Source: Candidatus Kaiserbacteria bacterium RIFCSPHIGHO2_01_FULL_46_22
GTDB lineage: Bacteria > Patescibacteriota > Minisyncoccia > Phycocordibacterales > UBA918
Length of the DNA: 64,000 nt
Reading direction: 5' to 3'
NCBI GenBank assembly: GCA_001779595.1
Contig: MFKO01000008.1
Coordinates: 86,869 to 150,868 of the forward strand
Each line of letters opens with the position of its first letter. Position 1 is the first letter of the stretch. A program made the translations under genes and the position numbers. The notes under the pieces were generated by a model. It saw only the letters and a program-made list of their open reading frames with translations. It searched no databases and was not told where the DNA came from. Shown here piece after piece: positions 57,377 through 64,000 of the stretch.

Positions 57377-57413
57377 ATTTCCATGCAGGCTCGCTTGACA
57401 ATCAGTGATAGTC

Positions 57414-57484
57414 GTGTATAATAAACAGCAGTAAATCAGAGGATAGCTTCTGATTGATCTCGGCTAAGGAGGCCAAACCAATGA
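57414..57484 (+). repeat. 71-bp promoter/leader/RBS module, copy 1
   Basis: Identical to 57973-58043. Contains TG-TATAAT, hairpin aatcagagg/cttctgatt, AAGGAGG and ATG; TTGACA at 57395. Confidence 0.95.
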
Positions 57485-57762
57485 CCAAGTTTTTTGCAAT
57501 CGTTCTCGCCACCGCCGCCTTCGCTTTTCTCGCTGTTGCACCCGCAACGGCGGTTGAAAACGTGTTCTTGCTGAAAGGCAAGACAACAGTGACCGTTTAC
57601 TATAAAGACGGTCGGGTGATAAAAAAGAATATTTTCTCCCCTGGCACTTACAAAGGCAGGCACGTATGGATTCTGCGGGTAGGCGCGCCCGTAAAAAAGG
57701 TTTGCATTGGCAGTCTCTGCAACACCCAGGACGGCCTGCGCAAGAACATGATCTTCAAGTAA
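57481..57762 (+). CDS. Small secreted cationic protein (93 aa)
   Basis: AAGGAGG RBS; Ala-rich signal peptide ending APATA; Lys/Arg-rich mature part with CxxxxC. Confidence 0.8.
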   Translation: MTKFFAIVLATAAFAFLAVAPATAVENVFLLKGKTTVTVYYKDGRVIKKNIFSPGTYKGRHVWILRVGAPVKKVCIGSLCNTQDGLRKNMIFK

Positions 57763-57972
57763 CGCACACGTCGACGGGGCGTGTATGACAAAAAAGTCCC
57801 AGCGATCAATTCAAGAATGGCCCAGGAATACGAAAGTGTTTCCCGGGCCATTATTTTATAAGATGAAATTGCATTCATAGTTAAAGTAGTCTCCGAGCAA
57901 GGTCAATTTTGTTACTTCCGCACGCCCAATCCAGCTGGTAATTTACGGTTAGGTTGACAATTCCTGTTAGTT

Positions 57973-58043
57973 GTGTATAATAAACAGCAGTAAATCAGAG
58001 GATAGCTTCTGATTGATCTCGGCTAAGGAGGCCAAACCAATGA
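57973..58043 (+). repeat. 71-bp promoter/leader/RBS module, copy 2
   Basis: Identical to 57414-57484; TTGACA at 57954. Confidence 0.95.
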
Positions 58044-58282
58044 ACAAGCTCATCGCAGTTGCAATTGCCGCTACCTTCGCAATCCTTCCTGTCGCAGACG
58101 CCTTCGCAGCGATTGCTTCATGCAAGACTGTCTACGTCAAGAAGTACAAGGTCACTCTGCAGAATCGAGGGGAAAGCAATACGAGACTGGCAGGCTTCAG
58201 CGGCAAGGTCAGCGACACGAACCGCCCGAGGTGGTTCATCACGCACACGCGCACCGGGAAGTGCGGGTGGGCCAGACACTGA
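58040..58282 (+). CDS. Small secreted cationic protein (80 aa)
   Basis: AAGGAGG RBS; signal peptide ending ADAFA; Lys/Arg-rich mature part with two Cys near its ends; terminator hairpin at ~58316-58350. Confidence 0.8.
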   Translation: MNKLIAVAIAATFAILPVADAFAAIASCKTVYVKKYKVTLQNRGESNTRLAGFSGKVSDTNRPRWFITHTRTGKCGWARH

Positions 58283-58404
58283 CAGATCATCGTCGACGTA
58301 CATATATCTCTCAGATACCCAGTTGCTGATTTCAGCGATTGGGTATTTCTTTATCAACAGATAAGCGATCAACATTTTTTTGAGTGGCGTATTATGTATC
58401 TAAT

Positions 58405-59928
58405 ATGTCAACTAATAAGAAAATCAAAAACAATCTTCTCAAACTTTTTAGTAATGGAGCTGTGCTCGGTACAGCATTAACGGCCACCCAAGTTAAAGCT
58501 GGAGGTGAAGGAGGGGGAGGAGGCGGTGGTGGTGTTGGAGATTACAGCGACACAAGTGTTACTAATTACAACGCCGTCGAGGGAACGGAGGCTGCTGACG
58601 GACTGTCAGTAGGCTCATACGAAGCAGATTTTGATGATGATGGCACTGTGGACGCCACAATGGACGTCAGGGCGGCACCGTCAACCCCGTTTCTTGCTGT
58701 TTGGAATGGCCAACAGTATGTGCATGAAAATGATTTTCTTTTTGGTAAACCAAATACCGTCTTCGCTAACTACAAGATGGGTGTAAAAGCCTACGAGCAA
58801 GGAATTGGTGGTGACACATATCTTCTTAGTGACACTTTGCGCGCGGATGAGAAGGGTGAACTACGTATGCAGATTCGCGAGCTCGAACCCGAAGAGTCAT
58901 ATATAGACAAGTTCTCCATTAGCGCTTTAGACCTCAAAGAGAATGAACACTTTGTAGCTGACGGTAATCTGGAAGACAGTTATGTTTTTGATACCACAGA
59001 GGCCAAGGTTGTAGATGGTGTAATGAATCATTATCACGCCAAGCAAAATGATTTCACATCCGTATCAAGTACTTACACTACGTTAACCCCGAAAGAAGGA
59101 GAGAGTGTAACGATGCAAACAGGCGATGAGTTGGTCATCCGTGTACCAAAAATACAACTCGATTCTTCCAAGGACACTTTTGTTTTGATCGATTCCCACT
59201 TCCGCGACTGGTCATTGGGTAACCAAGTGCCGTTCTCACGCTTGGAAAAATTTATGATCCAGAGTGTTGCTTTAGGTCGCAGTGGCGCAACCACTTTGGC
59301 TGGAATAGCATTATTGGCATCGGTAGCCTTTGTTGGCCTTAACAAGGCAGATTCTGATGTATTAGCCAAACTTCTAAGCGTGCCACACAGTTATGCCGAC
59401 TACACAATAGGTTCCATTACTAGATCATTGGTTATTTCCGCCGGAGACAGCTTTGGCCAAACGTATTTACAGACACTCTTCCCACGCTACGTACAAGCCA
59501 CGCAGGAAGTAGTGCGTATTCCAAAAGAAATAATCGCTAGTCTAAAGGACGAATTCCTTACTCTTCGCATTAAGGCCACCAAGAAGCATAAAGTCCGCGC
59601 GGCTTTTGCTTTCCAAGGCACTGCGCTCACTCCAGCAGTAAATGCTTTGTCTATACAAAAAGTTGTTAATCCTAAGACAGGAGCTGACTACACGGAACAG
59701 ATAAAAGAAAAAAATAATGTTTTCTTGCATACTATTCCTGGAGATGTGATGGACGTAGTTATCAAAGATCTACCAAAAGTTAGCGGTACTAGCCGTCGCT
59801 ACGTTCTTCGTGCTAATGGTTTTTATACCAGAATGTCTGCCGCTACAGCAGCAACAATCGGAAAGAATTGGTTGGAACGTTTGGCACCTGAAGATCGAAC
59901 CTTGCTCAAAGATCTACGGTTGTCTTAA
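58405..59928 (+). CDS. Secreted protein with poly-Gly, DxDxDG and PFLxxWNG domain, function unknown
   Basis: Signal-like N-terminus, G-rich tract, ADFDDDGTVD, STPFLAVWNGQQYVHEND and an internal hydrophobic segment. Confidence 0.8.
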   Translation: MSTNKKIKNNLLKLFSNGAVLGTALTATQVKAGGEGGGGGGGGVGDYSDTSVTNYNAVEGTEAADGLSVGSYEADFDDDGTVDATMDVRAAPSTPFLAVWNGQQYVHENDFLFGKPNTVFANYKMGVKAYEQGIGGDTYLLSDTLRADEKGELRMQIRELEPEESYIDKFSISALDLKENEHFVADGNLEDSYVFDTTEAKVVDGVMNHYHAKQNDFTSVSSTYTTLTPKEGESVTMQTGDELVIRVPKIQLDSSKDTFVLIDSHFRDWSLGNQVPFSRLEKFMIQSVALGRSGATTLAGIALLASVAFVGLNKADSDVLAKLLSVPHSYADYTIGSITRSLVISAGDSFGQTYLQTLFPRYVQATQEVVRIPKEIIASLKDEFLTLRIKATKKHKVRAAFAFQGTALTPAVNALSIQKVVNPKTGADYTEQIKEKNNVFLHTIPGDVMDVVIKDLPKVSGTSRRYVLRANGFYTRMSAATAATIGKNWLERLAPEDRTLLKDLRLS

Positions 59929-59950
59929 GAATTAACTCATTATTATTTTT

Positions 59951-61006
59951 ATGCTTGAAGGAATCAAACAAAAAACACCATCCCTCACTTCTATTGTGGG
60001 TATGGTGGTAGCGGTAATCGTAGTGCTACTTGCTTACGGAGCGTGGCAGGTTATTTGGCCAACACTCGGTGTTGGTAAACTTGAATTAAAGGACCTCTCG
60101 GGCCGATTGGTTTATAGCGGTAAATTAGAAAGCGAAATAGCACCAAAAACTTACAGTCTTAATTTGACCAATGGTTCAATGCAGGTGGTGAATGAGAGTG
60201 AGCGCTTCGGTTTCTTTTCAACTAGTGCAATTGAATTTTCTTCGGCTGAAAATGATAGCAACTTCTTCTTCCGGGCAGTGGCCGTTGATAATACTTCAGG
60301 CACAACAACGTTGGTAAAAAGAGTAGTGCACGCGGTATTGCCTGATCAGGTTAAGGTTTTAGCTCAGGAGTCTACGGATCAGTACGGCACAATGTCTTGG
60401 TCCGAAAGTAGCAAAATGCTCGCACGGTCTGTCGTGGGTGAAACTGTATCTGGAACAGAGCGCGCAATTACTTCGAATTGGAAAACCTTAATCAGCAACG
60501 AAGCAGGGGAAGTACAGTCAGAAATACCCGACGCAGCGCATCCAACCTGGATGCCAAATAGTGATGTATTGCTGTACCTTCGATCTGACGGTATCTATGC
60601 TTATGATATGGATGTTGGAGCCGAATTACGTTTGATTAGCTTCTTGGAACGCGGAGAAGTGTTTACGTCCGTAATTGGTATCATGTTTGAAGTATCACCG
60701 GATGGTCGTCGATTGGTGGTAACTACTCCGGGCAGAGGAAATGTTAGTGTTTATGAAGTGACAGCTACTATGGATGTGACCAAGTTATATTCACGTGATA
60801 ATGATTCAGTGAGTTACTCTTGGCCGGTAGTGTCTCCTGACGGAATGTCTTACGCTGTGATTGCTAGAGATATTGTGAACGAAGCTTTAGCTAATCCCCG
60901 CATTGAGTTTTACGCAATGGATAATGATCGGCAAGAGGTTATTGCTACACAGTCTCTAGCTGATTTTGATCCAACTCTAGTTTATCTAGATGATTGGATT
61001 AAGTAG
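59951..61006 (+). CDS. Membrane-anchored TolB-like beta-propeller protein
   Basis: N-terminal TM; HPTWMPNSD, VSPDGRRL and PVVSPDG (PD40-like) repeats. Confidence 0.75.
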   Translation: MLEGIKQKTPSLTSIVGMVVAVIVVLLAYGAWQVIWPTLGVGKLELKDLSGRLVYSGKLESEIAPKTYSLNLTNGSMQVVNESERFGFFSTSAIEFSSAENDSNFFFRAVAVDNTSGTTTLVKRVVHAVLPDQVKVLAQESTDQYGTMSWSESSKMLARSVVGETVSGTERAITSNWKTLISNEAGEVQSEIPDAAHPTWMPNSDVLLYLRSDGIYAYDMDVGAELRLISFLERGEVFTSVIGIMFEVSPDGRRLVVTTPGRGNVSVYEVTATMDVTKLYSRDNDSVSYSWPVVSPDGMSYAVIARDIVNEALANPRIEFYAMDNDRQEVIATQSLADFDPTLVYLDDWIK

Positions 61007-61018
61007 TTAAATTTCCTA

Positions 61019-61058
61019 ATAACAAAAACGCTGCGTCAGACGCAGCGTTTTTTGTTAT
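61019..61058. terminator. Bidirectional terminator
   Basis: aaaaacgctgcgtc-a-gacgcagcgttttt between convergent genes. Confidence 0.75.
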
Positions 61059-61068
61059 GGGTCATTCT

Positions 61069-62358
61069 TTATTCAGCCAAAGCAGCTAGTTCTTCTTGCA
61101 CAACTTCGGCATCACTCCATTTTTCCCGTGTGTTGTTAGGCCCCATAATATAAGGATCGGTACCTTTACCAGAAATGATCACGTAGTCGCCATTTTTGGC
61201 CTCCTTAAACGCGGTGCGTATGGCGAGCCGGCGGTCCATTATGATATCTAATTTAGATTTATCTGCGATGCCATTGGCCATTTCTTCCAGTATTTTTCTA
61301 GGATTTTCGTCGTAGGGATCTTCATTGGTGAGAATTATTCTGTCACAATAATTTTCAGCAATAGCACCCATTTCAGGCCGTTTCCAACGATCGCGACCAC
61401 CGCCGGTGTTACCTAAGATGCACACCTTAGGCACGTCTTTAAAGGCTTGGTATAGCTTTTCTAAGGAATCAGGTGTGTGGGCATAATCCACTACAACGGT
61501 GATTTGTTTAGACGATCCAGCAGGGCTGTAAAAGTGTTCCACCCGACCGTGAATTGGAGGCAGAGTACCTAAAGCCTTTTCGATCGAACGCCAAGGTATG
61601 TCCAGTCCGCGGGCAAGAGTTATTGCGGCCAATGCGTTATAGACATTGAACAAACCAACCAGGGGTACGCGAATAGTAATTTCTTCGCCTCCGTCTTTAA
61701 AAATCAAACCGATGCTGTCCTTGTGTAACGTGTGAAGGTTTAAAGTGTCTAAAGAAAAAGGTATTTTTTCTTCCACATCGATGTTTAGAAAATCTTTGCC
61801 GTGCTCGTCGTCAATGTTGGCTATTACATAGCGTGGTCGCTTCGGTGATTTTTCTAAAGCGCTTGCAATTGATAGCTTAGCTTCTTTATATCTGAGAAAT
61901 GAACCGTGTGACTCTATATGTTCAGGCGTTAGGTTGGTGAAAACCAATGCGTCTAATTCAATAAATCGGTGACGATACTGCTTGGCTCCTTCGGAAGTCA
62001 TTTCCAGTACGGCGTGTGTGCAACCAGCTGTTGCTGCGTCGCGTAGAAATTTTTGTACGAAGAAACGACCAGGAGTGGTCATTTTGTAAAGATTGGGGCG
62101 AGCGTCATTACCGATCTTGAACTGGATAGTAGAAAGGGAAGCGGTGTTTATTCCGGCAGTAGACAAGATAGCGCTTATCAATTCCACTGTGGTGGATTTA
62201 CCTTTAGTGCCAGTAACAGCAATGACGATTAATTCGCGAGAAGGATGATGATAAATTTTGTCCCCGAGCCAGGCTAGGGCTAGGTGATAGGGAGGTCGTA
62301 GGTAATTCAGAAATTGTCCAGGTAATATCCGCTTGCTCCAATATAAGATCGTATCCAT
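61069..62358 (-). CDS. murE: UDP-N-acetylmuramyl-tripeptide synthetase
   Basis: AVTGTKGKST, TTPG, LEMTSEG, FTNLTPEHIESH, VDYAHTPD and SGKG motifs. Confidence 0.92.
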   Translation of the reverse strand: MDTILYWSKRILPGQFLNYLRPPYHLALAWLGDKIYHHPSRELIVIAVTGTKGKSTTVELISAILSTAGINTASLSTIQFKIGNDARPNLYKMTTPGRFFVQKFLRDAATAGCTHAVLEMTSEGAKQYRHRFIELDALVFTNLTPEHIESHGSFLRYKEAKLSIASALEKSPKRPRYVIANIDDEHGKDFLNIDVEEKIPFSLDTLNLHTLHKDSIGLIFKDGGEEITIRVPLVGLFNVYNALAAITLARGLDIPWRSIEKALGTLPPIHGRVEHFYSPAGSSKQITVVVDYAHTPDSLEKLYQAFKDVPKVCILGNTGGGRDRWKRPEMGAIAENYCDRIILTNEDPYDENPRKILEEMANGIADKSKLDIIMDRRLAIRTAFKEAKNGDYVIISGKGTDPYIMGPNNTREKWSDAEVVQEELAALAE

Positions 62359-62421
62359 AAAGACAGTATAAAATGAAAATCCACCGGCGGCGAATTTGTC
62401 TGGTTAGAGTAGAATGTGTGC

Positions 62422-63882
62422 ATGCGATGGTTCGTTTGGCTTTTGTCAGGCTTGTGTCTGGCTCTCATCTCCGTAAATCAAGTGTTTTGGTGGTTGGCCT
62501 TCCTTGGTTTGTTTTTGTTTATTTACGCCATCACCAGAGCACTTAGCTGGCACGAAGCCGCTCTCGGCGGACTTTTGGTGGGTACTTTGAAAGCGATGGG
62601 TGGATATGCTTGGGGTTGGTCTGCTTACCCGATGGTTTGGGTAACGCTTGGTAAATTGGGGCAAATACTGCTTATCAGCGCATATTGGTTATCTACTTCC
62701 AGCTTTGCGGGTCTCGGTATCGCAGCCGCTACGGTCTTGTTGTTTTTAATCTGGCAGAAAAACAGAATATTCTTCTTCGCGCTAATTCCAGTGCTGTGGT
62801 TGGCGGGGGAAATACTCGGCTCCTTCACAGCCTCAATCATTTTACTCGGTCCGAATGTGCCGCTAAACTCCGATGTCGTACACGGTTATGTAGGGATTGC
62901 TTTGGCCAACATTTCCTTGTTTTACCCTTTCTCTTCCATTACTGGAATATATGGACTGACTGTAGTCGTGGTGGCTTTGAGTGCGTTCGGATACTTTGTT
63001 TGGACTCATGCGGCTTGGGGTTGGACCAGAAAGGTTTTTTGGTACGGATACTGCGCCACCGCACTGTTGATTTTTTATGTAATTTTTCCAACAACTCCAC
63101 TACCGGCAGTTGAAAAAACCATTGTAGCTATAGATACCAGATTTAGCGTGAATTTACTTCATGGACCGGATGGAGAGAAGATAAAAGCGAGTAATGAAAT
63201 AACAGCGGTTTTGGCTGCAGCCAAAACCGCCCCCGATATAATTCTACTTCCTGAGGACGCACGTTTGACGGATTATCTTGGTGGGACTGAAGCCGCTCTG
63301 ACTTGGTTAGATTCCAGGATAGATACTGATGTAGTGGTGGTTGATAGTGTGAGAGTGGAAGATGAGGAAGGGGCAGTTTTACGGGCGGTTTACTATGATC
63401 TTGGCAAACAGGCTGTTTATATGACCGATAAGCAGTTCCTGATTCCACAAGGTGAATACATCACCTATCCCTTCATTCTAGGCTTAAAATTACTAGGACG
63501 AGATGAAGACTGGAGCAAGATATTGAACAACCAAAATTATCATCCAGGCAAACAAGCTGGCTATGATAAATTTCCAGCCGACATACCAGGTGTTTTATTT
63601 TGCTCTGAGAGTTCTTATATTGGCGGTATTTCAAGAATTGCTAACCTGAGGGAAAGTCCGGTCGTGTTGCACGTCATTTCACACGCCCGTTTTAACGACC
63701 CTGACATATTGTGGTATCAGTTGGACGCAATGATTCGGACGCAAGCTATTTATACAAAAAAAATTGTTATATCCTCCGGCAACGTAACCCCGAGTAAACT
63801 TTATGGTCCAGACGGTCGCATAGTCAGAGGGGAAGTAATCCTCAGTACCGAATTTTTTGATCTGGTAGAATATAATCTTTGA
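62422..63882 (+). CDS. lnt: Apolipoprotein N-acyltransferase-like protein (membrane domain + nitrilase fold)
   Basis: Multi-TM N-terminus; E-K-C triad contexts LLPED, DKQFLIPQGEY and LFCSES. Confidence 0.8.
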   Translation: MRWFVWLLSGLCLALISVNQVFWWLAFLGLFLFIYAITRALSWHEAALGGLLVGTLKAMGGYAWGWSAYPMVWVTLGKLGQILLISAYWLSTSSFAGLGIAAATVLLFLIWQKNRIFFFALIPVLWLAGEILGSFTASIILLGPNVPLNSDVVHGYVGIALANISLFYPFSSITGIYGLTVVVVALSAFGYFVWTHAAWGWTRKVFWYGYCATALLIFYVIFPTTPLPAVEKTIVAIDTRFSVNLLHGPDGEKIKASNEITAVLAAAKTAPDIILLPEDARLTDYLGGTEAALTWLDSRIDTDVVVVDSVRVEDEEGAVLRAVYYDLGKQAVYMTDKQFLIPQGEYITYPFILGLKLLGRDEDWSKILNNQNYHPGKQAGYDKFPADIPGVLFCSESSYIGGISRIANLRESPVVLHVISHARFNDPDILWYQLDAMIRTQAIYTKKIVISSGNVTPSKLYGPDGRIVRGEVILSTEFFDLVEYNL

Positions 63883-63897
63883 TACATTCTTATAGTT

Positions 63898-64000
63898 ATG
63901 TTCTTTCTCACTTCGGCCATTCAAAAAAAGGAGTTCAGAAAACTATTTGTTGGTCTGCCTACTGCGGTCAAGCTGGTGCCGGTTTTAATCGGCGTGCTAC
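63898..64000 (+). CDS. Start of a probable membrane protein (runs off the window)
   Basis: ATG 63898 opens MFFLTSAIQKKEFRKLFVGLPTAVKLVPVLIGVL with no stop before the window end. Confidence 0.45.
   Translation, partial: MFFLTSAIQKKEFRKLFVGLPTAVKLVPVLIGVL

Noticed and set aside
57414-58043. 71-bp direct repeat as a CRISPR array or attL/attR pair
   Set aside because: Only two copies, ~490 bp apart, each a promoter-RBS unit; no cas or integrase gene nearby.

Overview
This is the origin-proximal region of a bacterial chromosome, most likely Patescibacteria/CPR (Parcubacteria-like). That assignment is inferred from gene content: a housekeeping-embedded VirB4/PrgI/VirB6/pilin cluster, a short YebC, CCA-less tRNAs including tRNA-Arg(UCG), and few Shine-Dalgarno motifs. 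It contains yidC-rnpA-rpmH / dnaA-oriC-dnaN, replication, repair and cell-wall genes, and four tRNAs. No CRISPR array, integrase or transposase was seen. Most notable unexplained signals: (1) a ~450-nt, heavily structured, ORF-free minus-strand transcription unit (6169-6617) with its own sigma70 promoter and terminator, a candidate novel large ncRNA; (2) two unrelated small cationic secreted peptide genes, each behind an identical 71-bp promoter/leader/RBS module (57414-57484, 57973-58043), within an island of secreted cell-wall-related proteins; (3) a second structured ncRNA candidate (44559-44828); (4) three tRNA genes whose 3' trailers are antisense to their own T-arm/acceptor end; (5) a three-copy 3'-UTR repeat family; (6) six parS-like sites written into and beside yraN, next to DnaA boxes; (7) widespread leaderless-type promoters. 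All calls come from reading the sequence by eye; no searches or folding programs were run.
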